Shown piece by piece: positions 8,009 through 16,248 of a DNA stretch of 36,758 nt (its first letter is position 1; the number at the start of each line of letters is the position of its first letter). Source of the DNA: Endomicrobium sp. Lineage in GTDB: Bacteria; Elusimicrobiota; Endomicrobiia; Endomicrobiales; Endomicrobiaceae. The DNA lies in assembly GCA_031277075.1 (NCBI GenBank), contig JAISLV010000032.1:1-36758 (forward strand). Direction: 5' to 3'. The notes beneath the pieces are model-generated. The model made no database searches and had not been told where the DNA came from. It saw only the letters and a list, made by a program, of their open reading frames with translations. The position numbers were made by a program, and so were the translations under genes.

Positions 8009-8410
8009 GTGGAATTGTCAAACGCTTCTTTTAGCGCAAATGACAATTTAAAAATTAGCGCGGGCATAGACAATATTTTTGACGAAACATATAGCGAGCA
8101 TTTAAACCTTGCAGGCAGCGCGGGCGCGGCTGACGAAAAAAGTTTATGGCGCGTTGTAAAATGTCCAATGCCCGCATATCCGCAGCAAGCAAGAAAAAAT
8201 ATGCAGGAAAGCGAAGTGATAATTGAAATAAAAGTATTGCCTTCAGGCGAGATAGAGTATTCAAAAGTAGTTTTGTCCAGCGGTTTTACTTCAATAGACG
8301 CAGCCGCCCTCAACGCTTCAAAAAGAATAGTTTTAAAATACGACGGCTCAACCCGCGCGCTTTCTGGGGTTACATTGCGCGTGCCATACCAATTTAAACT
8401 TAAAAAATAG
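8009..8410 (+). pseudogene. Chimeric gene remnant: C-terminal strand of a TonB-dependent receptor fused to a TonB C-terminal domain
   Basis: The first ~40 aa (NDNLKISAGIDNIFDETYSEHLNLAGSAG) resemble the last beta-strands of TonB-dependent (copper-type) receptors. The remainder (PMPAYPQQARKNMQESEVIIEIKVLPSGEIEYSKVVLSSGFTSIDAAALNASKRIVLKY) is a TonB CTD. There is no signal peptide, TM anchor or Pro-rich linker. The start codon is GTG and lies inside a repeat. Confidence 0.5.
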
Positions 8411-8459
8411 TTTTTTTAAAGGCGGAACGCGCAAGCGGCAAACAGCGTAATTTTAAGCA

Positions 8460-8633
8460 TTACTTTACTTTTTTTGTGCGTATTCTTCCATCGGGCATTT
8501 CATAAATAAGTCTTCCATTGCGGTAAAAAACATTCGGCAAACCTAACCTTCTATTTTCTGCTTGAGCCTTTGAAACGCCTTTATTGTATAATCTGGTTAT
8601 CTCATCTATAAAATCATTAGTTTTTGAACTCAT
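8460..8633 (-). CDS. Hypothetical 57-aa protein
   Basis: Hand-translated: MSSKTNDFIDEITRLYNKGVSKAQAENRRLGLPNVFYRNGRLIYEMPDGRIRTKKVK*. It overlaps the end of the truncated P-loop ORF by 17 nt. I recognise no family. Confidence 0.3.
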   Translation of the reverse strand: MSSKTNDFIDEITRLYNKGVSKAQAENRRLGLPNVFYRNGRLIYEMPDGRIRTKKVK

Positions 8634-8745
8634 TTTGCGCCATCCTTAAAAACTGATTGTATTTATTCAAAATCTCTTTTGAAAGAGTTGTCTTACCAAC
8701 GCCGTTTGCTCCTGCGAGTATCAAAAATATTTTTTCTTTTTCCAT
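8617..8745 (-). pseudogene. Truncated P-loop NTPase (zeta-toxin/AAA-like N-terminus only, 42 codons)
   Basis: MEKEKIFLILAGANGVGKTTLSKEILNKYNQFLRMAQNEFKN*. This is a Walker A motif followed by a premature end. The longer track ORF (8617..8898) gains its N-terminus from repeat DNA. Confidence 0.4.
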
Positions 8746-8791
8746 TTCATAAATTATACTAAAAATTTTATAGGGAACAATTTGCAGTTTG

Positions 8792-8958
8792 TTTTTGCCA
8801 TTGCCGTTATGTCTGTCATACAAAACTGACGCGAACGCGTCAGTTTTGTATGACGGATTAGAGGCAACAACAAAGGCGAACGTCAAATACCCCGTCAAGC
8901 TGGGACTTTGTCACCGCCTGCCGCCACTTTTTAAAAGGGGAATTTAACTGCAACAGCG
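8792..8958. repeat. Family-1 modular repeat containing a 40-nt near-perfect palindrome
   Basis: GTCATACAAAACTGACGCGaaCGCGTCAGTTTTGTATGAC at 8815-8854. The AAAAGGGGAATTTAAC module follows. About 45 nt (GCCGTTATGTCyGTCATACAAAACTGACGCGAA) are shared with the copy at 14625-14665. Confidence 0.7.
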
Positions 8959-8974
8959 TTCTGCGCGACAAGCG

Positions 8975-9895
8975 TTAAAAATAGAGAGTGACGGAGGCGC
9001 GGTGGGTATCGCCTAAGTTTCCCATAGGGGAAAAAGCGTAATCTATAAGCAATGTTTTATATCCTATGCCTATGCCTGCGCAAAGACCCGATAACCCTTC
9101 GCTTTCGGCTATTGTGTTATAGCCCGCTCTTAACGCAAGCAAAAAGTCGGCATTGACGTCTACTGCGAACTCGCCGCCAAAAGCGGCGTAGGCGTCTCTT
9201 CCCTTCACTTTTCCTATATCGGCTAAAACTAGCAGATTGTCGTTTAGAAAAAATCCCGCTCCAAACCTCAAAGCCATCGGCAAATCTTCGGTTTCGCTGT
9301 CGTATTTTATCCCTTCGCTTACATTTGTTATCGCCGCGCCAAGTTTAAGCCGTCCGTTTAAAATGTCGGGCGCGCTTATTCCAAAATCAAACGCGTAAGC
9401 GTTTGCCGCGCTTATTATTTGCGAACGTATATATTTTGCCGCAACCCCTATGCCTATAGCGCCAATTTTTACGGCATAGCCTAAACCTACAGCCGCGTCA
9501 TATGGAGTAAAACGACCCAAATTTTCGCCGCTTGCGCCAAACTCTTCAAGCGTTCCCGCTGAAAAATACTGCGCGCAAAAACCTATCGCGCTATTTGTCC
9601 CTATTGCGTAAGACGCCGAAATCCAATCGTAATGCGAGCCGCCGTCGTAAGCCGCATGCATTAAGTCCGCGCAACCGCCAGAACCGCCCGTAAGTAAAGA
9701 AGGATTCCAATACATTGCCGCGCTGTCTTCAGCTAAAGCGGTTCCTACGCCGCCCATAGCTATATATCTTGCGCCCGCGCCCATCTCTAAAAACGGCAAA
9801 GCCGTAATCCCATCGCCGCTATAAACTGCCGCAGGCGCGGCTAGAAATAAAAATGCCGATAATAAAAATTTTATTTTCTTCATAATATAAAACAT
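8975..9895 (-). CDS. PorV/PorQ-like outer-membrane beta-barrel protein
   Basis: Has a signal peptide (MKKIKFLLSAFLFLAAPAAVYS; the start may be ATG 9883). The motif LPFLEMGAGARYIAMGGVGTALAEDSAAMYWNPSLL is followed by Gly/Ala-rich alternating strands. The protein ends in aromatic ..VTLYF. Confidence 0.6.
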   Translation of the reverse strand: MFYIMKKIKFLLSAFLFLAAPAAVYSGDGITALPFLEMGAGARYIAMGGVGTALAEDSAAMYWNPSLLTGGSGGCADLMHAAYDGGSHYDWISASYAIGTNSAIGFCAQYFSAGTLEEFGASGENLGRFTPYDAAVGLGYAVKIGAIGIGVAAKYIRSQIISAANAYAFDFGISAPDILNGRLKLGAAITNVSEGIKYDSETEDLPMALRFGAGFFLNDNLLVLADIGKVKGRDAYAAFGGEFAVDVNADFLLALRAGYNTIAESEGLSGLCAGIGIGYKTLLIDYAFSPMGNLGDTHRASVTLYF

Positions 9896-10063
9896 TACTC
9901 CGAGCCGTCATAAAGATATTTAAACAAATTTAGCGCGACGTCTTTGCGCTCCCGCAGCGCATAAATACGGGGTTCATAGCGGCGGACAATAAAACCGTTA
10001 AACAAATTCAGGTCTAAGCTTTGCGCAGTTTTTACGGCATTTCAAAAAATTCATTGATTGGGC

Positions 10064-13000
10064 TTACCTTTCAACCGCTATTTTGATTTTTTTCTTGTTC
10101 CCATTTTTGTCTTCAATATAAGCTATATACGCGCCGCTTGCTACATGCTCGCCAGAACTGTTTTTTGCATCCCAAACCGCCATACCCGCATTGTCTGATT
10201 CAAGTTTTCTTACAATACGCCCTAATTGAGTATAAATAATTATTTTACATTCTGCGGGCAGGTTTGCAAAATTCATTTTAGAATAGCTCAAACCTTTTGA
10301 CGGTCTTATAGGGTTAGGGAAATATTTAATATTGTTAAAAGACGCGGAAACTCCAAAACCCATAATTGCAAAAACGCCAAGTCTGTCTATTTGCGCGCAT
10401 ACCAGCTTATTGTCTTTGTCTACAAAAGATTTAAAAGGAACCCAAACGCCTTTTTCTTCATCATAGACGGCTATAACAAGATTATTTTCGTCTAAACTTG
10501 AAATGTCGTCTTGCGTATAAGGTATTTTTAAATTTATTCCATTGGCGTTCATATTGCTTTGGGCGTCTATGGACACGCCTATATTTGAATGTTTTAAAAT
10601 TCCTGCATTTGAATTTTCTTTTGCAAAAGACGTCTGTTGCTTAACGGTTATCTCAACATCCGTATTAAAAGTCATTTCGGGTATTACGGCGTAACCGTCG
10701 TTTAAAGTTCCGTTCACAGACCTAACGGGGAAAATTATATTGCCGCCGCTATATGCTTTTAAGCTAAAAGACGCGCAAGAAGGGTCGGGGTATTTAATTT
10801 CAAGCTGTCCGCTAAATTCTATTTCTTGCCCGTTTTCAAAAGGCGCGATATATATTTTCCATTTGCCAAGCTGCAAATGTTGCGGCGTAAAAGAGACGCC
10901 GATACTTGAGTCCGTATAAAATGTCGTTTGCGGAACTATTATTTCTGAAGTATTGTCTAATTTTTTTAACGTTATTTTTGTGAGAGGAGTAAAATTTTCG
11001 CCTGACAAAGTTAAAACGGCTTGTTCGTTTGGCGCGGCGTTAAGAGGGGCAGCCTGCGTTATAGAAGGCGTTTTATAAATTGATACGGCGTTTGCTTTAG
11101 ATATAGAATCGCCGTTTGCGTTTATTATTGTTAAATCAAACTGCGCGCCGTGCGCAATATCTGGCGGTATTTGAAACGAAGCGTCTACGCTGGTTTCAGA
11201 TATGTCCAAAATTGTTCCCGTAAGAACAACTCCGCCGTTTGTAAGTTTTACTACAGCTCCGCTTTGATATTCCGTCCCTGTAATTTCAAATGTTTGAGCC
11301 GTTCCCGCAAATACAAACTCCGGGGCTACATGCGATATGCTCATATTGCCTTTCACAAACACCGCGTTTGCTTTTTCTATCGGATTATTTGAATATATAT
11401 CGCTTGATATTTGTAAATCCCAATATCCTGCTGGAGCTGTGGAAAATATTGGAAATACTGCGGTGATGTTTGAAGACGACAAATATGAAACCGATGAAGC
11501 GGGAATTTCTATGCCGTCTTTGACCAGTTTTACTATTGAGCCTTGAGCTAAATTTTCGCCCGTTATATTTACAGATGTCGTTATTCGCGTTGTTGTTGAC
11601 GGCGAAACCGAGTCTATACTAGCATCCGAAACTTGCACAAACACCGCGTTCGCTTTTTCTATCGGATTGTTTGAATATATATCGCTTGATATTTGTAAGT
11701 CCCAATATCCTGCGGGAGCTGTGGAAAATATTGGAAATACTGCGGTGATATTTGACCCAGATATGTATGAAACCGATGAAGCTGGAATCTCTATGCCGTC
11801 TTTTACCAGCTTTACTATTGAGCCTTGAGCTAAATTTTCGCCTGTTATATTTACAGATGTCGTTGTTCTTGTTGTTGTTGAAGGGGAAACAGAATTTATA
11901 ATAGCATCCGAAACTTGCACAAACACCGCGTTTGCTTTTTCTATCGGATTGTTTGAATATATATCGCTTGATATTTGTAAATCCCAATATCCTGCGGGAG
12001 CTGTGGAAAATATTGGAAATACTGCGGTAATGTTTGAAGCCGACAAATACGAAACTGAAGAAGCGGGAATTTCTATGCCGTCTTTTACCAGTTTTACTAT
12101 TGAGCCTTGCGCCAAGTTTTCGCCTGTTATATTTACAGATGTCGTAGTTCGTGTTGTTGTTGAAGGCGAAACAGTATTTATAACAGCATCCGAAACTTGC
12201 ACAAACACCGCGTTTGCTTTTTCTATCGGATTGTTTGAATATATATCGCTTGATATTTGTAAATCCCAGTATCCTGCGGGAGCTGTGGAAAATATTGGAA
12301 ATACTGCGGTGATGTTTGAAGCCGATATGTATGAAACCGAAGAAGCTGGAATTTCTATGCCGTCTTTGACCAGCTTTACTATTGAGCCTTGCGCTAAGTT
12401 TTCGCCCGTTATATTTACAGATGTCGTTATTCGCGTTGTTGTTGAGGGTGAAACAGAATTTATAATAGCATCCGAAACTTGCACAAACACCGCGTTTGCT
12501 TTTTCTATCGGATTATTTGAATATATATCGCTTGATATTTGTAAATCCCAATATCCTGCGGGAGCTGTGGAAAATATCGGAAATACTGCGGTGATGTTTG
12601 AAGGCGATATGTATGAAACCGAAGAAGCGGGAATTTCTATGCCGTCTTTGACCAGCTTTACTATTGAGCCTTGCGCTAAATTTTCGCCTGTTATGTTTAC
12701 AGATGTAGTTGTTCTTGTTGTTGTTGAAGGGGAAACTGAATCTATTGAGCCAACCACATGCGGAGTTCCCACTGTAAAAGTCATCACTGCGCCGGAAGCC
12801 GATATATTTGTTATCGGGTATCCGCTAGACAGCCCGCTATAACTTTTGCTGTTTGGGGTTGTGGTATCGGTAAATTCCGCTTTATTTCCCGCGCGGAAAT
12901 AGTGGCTGTCTCTCCCTCTGTTTCTGTTCATCGCTAAATCGTTTGAACCGTCCGCCTCTTCAAGGTCAACCATATAACGCGATTCATTGTCATTGTTTTC

Positions 13001-14374
13001 TCTTGTGTCGTCAATATGCCAAATTAATATTCCGCGATTTGGACCGGGAAGACCCGCGTCAAAACTTGTCCCCTGACGGTTTTCTATAAGAAAATATTCT
13101 TTTGAATTAAACCCGTTTCCTGAAAATTTATAAACAGCAGAACTATCTTCAGATGATGTGTTTATGCTTACGACAGAATTGTTTGGAAGATTTTGAATAT
13201 TAATATAACCCAGCTCTTTTTTACACCAAGCGCTAAATAAAGACGGGCTATTCCCTGAATTTCCGCCGCTAAAATTCCAACTTCCGCTGCCCATAAGACA
13301 AAAATTTCCAACGCCTTCGCTGCCGCCGTTAGTATCGTATAAATCAGGCAAACCTATAACGTGTCCAAACTCATGGCACAAAACGCCTATAGTTGTAATA
13401 TTAGAGTAATAAAGTTCAGGCGCGGTATTATAGGTATACACATATTTCCCGCCGAATTGCTGCCTTGTTATATTCCATTTGTGCGACCAAATAGTGTTTG
13501 CTCCGCCGCCCGCTTCTTCGCCGCGCCCCGCGTGTATAATAGTGACGCCTTCTATTTCGTTCCCGGAAAATTGGCTGAAATCAAAACCTGAATCCTCAAG
13601 TTTTTTAAGCGCGTCAACAACCATTTCGCGCGGACGAATGTCGCTGCCCCCCGCGCTGCTTGTATTTGCTCCATAATAAGCAACGGTATTATCTAAGGTT
13701 ATAATATCGGTAACAACAGATTCAACCGTTAACGCGCCGAAAGAAGCTTTTAAGAAAAAATCTTTTACAGACCCTTTTCCGCCGTCGCCTGAATAACCTA
13801 TTTTATTGTATAAATCTTCAAATTGCTGTTTGGGATTTGCAAGCGTAAAAGATTTGTCTGCAAAAGCGACTAATACCACAAGATTTTTGATTGTTCCAGC
13901 AGCGGGAGCTTTTTCGGGAGCTGAAGAAAGCGATTGCGCAGACACTTTTGAAACAGAAGAAGAACGCAGACGCTGCAATATCGGGTTATCTGCATTAGCA
14001 GGCTGCATTTGCGTTCTTCTTTGTTTCGCTATTTCTTTGTAATTTCTATATCTTAGCCCTTTGCGCGCATTAAAGCCTTGCGGCAAACTTTTCCCAACGC
14101 GAAACGAACTAGATTTAATAGAACCGTCCGCTTCTTCTTGGGCATACCGCCACTCTTTAGAGGCGTTATCTTGTATTACTGTATATCCGTTTCTGTCTTC
14201 AGCCCAGCCGTAAAATTCGTCGCCTTTCATTTGAATTTCTATTTTTGTTCCATCAGGCTGAACGGCTTCAAAAAATCCGGGAGCCGCAGGGACAGAAAGA
14301 GAAACTCCACAAACGCAAAATAAAACTGTTAAGATAATTAGGTTAATAATTGCTATTTTTATTTTATAATTCAT
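10064..14374 (-). CDS. Secreted M6-family (immune inhibitor A-like) zinc metalloprotease with tandem Ig-like repeats and a T9SS-type/FlgD-Ig-like C-terminal domain
   Basis: 1436 aa. It has a signal/TM segment, an M6 N-terminal pattern (VQPDGTKIEIQMKGDEFYGWAEDRNGYTV) and the zinc site HEFGHVIGLPDLYD. Five near-identical 94-aa repeats are followed by two diverged Ig-like domains. The C-terminus (YFPNPIRPS..IIIYTQLGRIVRKL..AVWDAKNSSGEHVASGAYIAYIE..KIAVER) resembles the Por secretion sorting domain. Confidence 0.9.
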   Translation of the reverse strand: MNYKIKIAIINLIILTVLFCVCGVSLSVPAAPGFFEAVQPDGTKIEIQMKGDEFYGWAEDRNGYTVIQDNASKEWRYAQEEADGSIKSSSFRVGKSLPQGFNARKGLRYRNYKEIAKQRRTQMQPANADNPILQRLRSSSVSKVSAQSLSSAPEKAPAAGTIKNLVVLVAFADKSFTLANPKQQFEDLYNKIGYSGDGGKGSVKDFFLKASFGALTVESVVTDIITLDNTVAYYGANTSSAGGSDIRPREMVVDALKKLEDSGFDFSQFSGNEIEGVTIIHAGRGEEAGGGANTIWSHKWNITRQQFGGKYVYTYNTAPELYYSNITTIGVLCHEFGHVIGLPDLYDTNGGSEGVGNFCLMGSGSWNFSGGNSGNSPSLFSAWCKKELGYINIQNLPNNSVVSINTSSEDSSAVYKFSGNGFNSKEYFLIENRQGTSFDAGLPGPNRGILIWHIDDTRENNDNESRYMVDLEEADGSNDLAMNRNRGRDSHYFRAGNKAEFTDTTTPNSKSYSGLSSGYPITNISASGAVMTFTVGTPHVVGSIDSVSPSTTTRTTTSVNITGENLAQGSIVKLVKDGIEIPASSVSYISPSNITAVFPIFSTAPAGYWDLQISSDIYSNNPIEKANAVFVQVSDAIINSVSPSTTTRITTSVNITGENLAQGSIVKLVKDGIEIPASSVSYISASNITAVFPIFSTAPAGYWDLQISSDIYSNNPIEKANAVFVQVSDAVINTVSPSTTTRTTTSVNITGENLAQGSIVKLVKDGIEIPASSVSYLSASNITAVFPIFSTAPAGYWDLQISSDIYSNNPIEKANAVFVQVSDAIINSVSPSTTTRTTTSVNITGENLAQGSIVKLVKDGIEIPASSVSYISGSNITAVFPIFSTAPAGYWDLQISSDIYSNNPIEKANAVFVQVSDASIDSVSPSTTTRITTSVNITGENLAQGSIVKLVKDGIEIPASSVSYLSSSNITAVFPIFSTAPAGYWDLQISSDIYSNNPIEKANAVFVKGNMSISHVAPEFVFAGTAQTFEITGTEYQSGAVVKLTNGGVVLTGTILDISETSVDASFQIPPDIAHGAQFDLTIINANGDSISKANAVSIYKTPSITQAAPLNAAPNEQAVLTLSGENFTPLTKITLKKLDNTSEIIVPQTTFYTDSSIGVSFTPQHLQLGKWKIYIAPFENGQEIEFSGQLEIKYPDPSCASFSLKAYSGGNIIFPVRSVNGTLNDGYAVIPEMTFNTDVEITVKQQTSFAKENSNAGILKHSNIGVSIDAQSNMNANGINLKIPYTQDDISSLDENNLVIAVYDEEKGVWVPFKSFVDKDNKLVCAQIDRLGVFAIMGFGVSASFNNIKYFPNPIRPSKGLSYSKMNFANLPAECKIIIYTQLGRIVRKLESDNAGMAVWDAKNSSGEHVASGAYIAYIEDKNGNKKKIKIAVER
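11354..12750. repeat. Five tandem copies of a 282-bp (94-codon) unit inside the M6 protease gene
   Basis: The anchor GCATCCGAAACTTGCACAAACACCGCG recurs at 11622, 11904, 12186 and 12468, an exact 282-bp period. Protein units read SVSPSTTTR(T/I)TTSVNITGENLAQGSIVKLVKDGIEIPASSVSY(I/L)S(P/A/G/S)SNITAVFPIFSTAPAGYWDLQISSDIYSNNPIEKANAVFVQVSDA.. Confidence 0.9.
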
Positions 14375-14378
14375 ATAT

Positions 14379-14556
14379 GGGTGTCTCTAAAAACCTATAA
14401 TGTACGTAATTGCCGCAAATTTTACGGTAGTTCAAAAAAGAAAATGCAGTGCGTCTTAAGAGCAAGGACGGACAAATTTTCTGATGCCCAAATACCGCAG
14501 AGACAATGTCTTTCAAGGCGCGGCAAGGACGGGCGTTAGGGTTTTTAGAGACACCC
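14379..14556. mobile_element. MITE-like element (family 2), full-length copy A
   Basis: 178 bp bounded by GGGTGTCTCTAAAAACC ... GGTTTTTAGAGACACCC terminal inverted repeats. It has no coding capacity conserved between copies. It starts 4 nt upstream of the protease ATG. The flanks are ATAT on both sides. Confidence 0.65.
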
Positions 14557-14616
14557 ATATAACAAGTTATAGCCCAAAAAGTTTCTTATCGCCAGCGGCG
14601 CAAGTATAGCAAACAA

Positions 14617-14970
14617 TTCTTAGCTTGCCGTTATGTCCGTCATACAAAACTGACGCGAATGCGTCACCCAAAACTGACGCGAACGCGTCACCCTGAACTC
14701 GTTTCAGGGTCTCTTTCAGGGTCTATTTCAGGGTCTCTTTCAGTATCTGCGGTTTGTTGTTGCCGTTTTTTTTTGCCGTTGATACTTAACGGCAGATTCT
14801 GAAACAAGTTCGGAAATGACGGGCAACTATAAAAGGGGAATTTAACGGCGCGACGGCTATGCCAAAGCCGTGTTATACTGAACGCGTAAGGAGTATCTTG
14901 CTTAGCCGCCTAACTTCCTAGCTGCTTAGCCGCATTTTTTCCATGCTTAGCCGCTTTTTTTGCTCTTTAC
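14617..14970. repeat. Family-1 modular repeat, large composite copy
   Basis: Contains TGACGCGAATGCGTCA (14651-14666), TGACGCGAACGCGTCA (14675-14690), ACCCTGAActcgTTTCAGGGT (14690-14710), a threefold TTTCAGGGTCT mini-tandem, AAAAGGGGAATTTAAC and GCTTAGCCGCCTAACTTCCTAGCTGCTTAGCCGC. Confidence 0.7.
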
Positions 14971-14984
14971 CTCATCGCAAAGAC

Positions 14985-15026
14985 AAAAAAAATACAGGCG
15001 CTTATATAAAACTAAAGCGCCTGTAT
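14985..15026 (-). terminator. Rho-independent terminator of the GGGtGRT operon
   Basis: Minus strand: a 12-bp stem, ATACAGGCGCTT / AAGCGCCTGTAT, followed by T8. It lies about 95 nt downstream of the stop at 15122. Confidence 0.6.
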
Positions 15027-15121
15027 TTTATGACTTATTATTTATTGTATAAACTGCGCGTTAATTAGACGCAGGCGTTTCCTTGCTGCAATTAATAAAC
15101 AGCTTGCCATACCGCATTTTT

Positions 15122-16126
15122 TTATTTCTTTGAAGCTTCTTCTATAGCTACCGCTACTGCTACCGACGCGCCTACCATAGGATTGTTGCCCATACCTATA
15201 AGCCCCATCATTTCAACGTGAGCTGGAACCGAAGACGAACCCGCAAACTGCGCGTCGCCGTGCATTCTGCCCATAGTGTCTGTCATGCCGTAAGAAGCGG
15301 GACCTGCCGCCATATTGTCGGGGTGAAGAGTTCTTCCAGTTCCGCCGCCTGAAGCTACGGAAAAATATTTTTTGCCGTTTTCAGCCGCCCATTTTTTGTA
15401 TGTGCCTGCTACGGGATGCTGAAATCTTGTAGGGTTGGTAGAATTTCCTGTGATAGAAACGTCTACGCCTTCTTTTATCATTATAGCTACGCCTTCGCTT
15501 ACGTCGTCTGCTCCGTAGACTTTAACTTTAGCTTTGTCGCCGTCTGAAAATTTTGTTTCTTTAGTTATGTTAAGCGTTCCGCTGTGATAATCGTAGTCGG
15601 TTTCAACGTGGGTAAAACCGTTGACGCGGCTGATAATATATGCGGCGTCTTTGCCAAGCCCGTTGAGTATAACTTTAAGCGGTTCTTTGCGCACTTTGTT
15701 TGCCGTTTTTGCAATGCCTATCGCGCCTTCCGCAGCCGCAAAACTTTCGTGCCCTGCTAAAAAGCAAAAACATTTTGTCTGTTCTCTAAGAAGCATAGCC
15801 GCTAAATTGCCATGCCCTATGCCGACGGCTCTTTGGTCTGCCACAGAACCCGGTATGCAAAAAGACTGCAAGCCTATTCCCAAAATTTCCGCCGCTTGCG
15901 CCGCCGCCGTTACGCCTTTCTTTATGGCTATAGCCGCGCCGACAGTATAAGCCCATACGGCATTGTCAAAAGCTATGGGCTGAATGCCTTTAACTATTTT
16001 GTCAACGTCTACGCCTTTATCAAGGCAAATTTGCCTTGCTTCTTCTAAATCTTTTATATCGTAATCTTTAAGAGTTTTTTCTATCTGCTTTATTCTTCTT
16101 TCGTAACTTTCAAAAGTTATTGCCAT
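15122..16126 (-). CDS. GGGtGRT-family protein (conserved protein of unknown function)
   Basis: 334 aa with the eponymous motif SVASGGGTGRTLHPDNMAAGPASYGMTDTMGRMHGDAQFAGSSSVPAHVEMMGLIGMGNNPMVGASVAVAVAIE. The length is typical for the family. SD is AGGAGA. Confidence 0.8.
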   Translation of the reverse strand: MAITFESYERRIKQIEKTLKDYDIKDLEEARQICLDKGVDVDKIVKGIQPIAFDNAVWAYTVGAAIAIKKGVTAAAQAAEILGIGLQSFCIPGSVADQRAVGIGHGNLAAMLLREQTKCFCFLAGHESFAAAEGAIGIAKTANKVRKEPLKVILNGLGKDAAYIISRVNGFTHVETDYDYHSGTLNITKETKFSDGDKAKVKVYGADDVSEGVAIMIKEGVDVSITGNSTNPTRFQHPVAGTYKKWAAENGKKYFSVASGGGTGRTLHPDNMAAGPASYGMTDTMGRMHGDAQFAGSSSVPAHVEMMGLIGMGNNPMVGASVAVAVAIEEASKK

Positions 16127-16248
16127 AATGTTCTCCTGTGCGCTTATACGGCGATTTTAATGTTTTATCTGCGGTTTTGAAAACCAGTCCCCCGCAATTT
16201 AAAGAATTTTAACTAACGCCTTTGCGCTTTCTGTCTTATTTTGCCGTC

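Noticed and set aside
7811-8313. Minus-strand ORFs of 63, 139 and 69 aa
   Set aside because: They run through family-1 repeat DNA and antisense to the TonB-CTD coding frame. They show no start context and no protein-like composition.
11150-12842. Plus-strand ORFs up to 297 aa across the protease repeats, and a 122-aa alternative-frame minus ORF
   Set aside because: They are antisense or off-frame read-through of a stop-poor tandem repeat. The same pseudo-peptide simply recurs every 282 bp, and the sense frame is an obvious Ig-like domain array.
14364-14558. Small ORFs starting MGVSKNP... (also at 27822..28004, 32181..32381, 32110..32415 and 22003..22245), which could suggest a repeated small-protein gene
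   Set aside because: Similarity between copies is at the nucleotide level. It crosses frames through frameshifts and deletions between copies. The ATG derives from the ATGGG end of the inverted repeat. They are better explained as non-coding MITE sequence.
15621-16048. Plus-strand ORFs of 109 and 78 aa inside the GGGtGRT gene, and a 97-aa ORF at 16616..16909
   Set aside because: They are antisense shadows of strongly supported minus-strand genes. They have Ala/Ser/Pro-rich composition typical of reverse frames.
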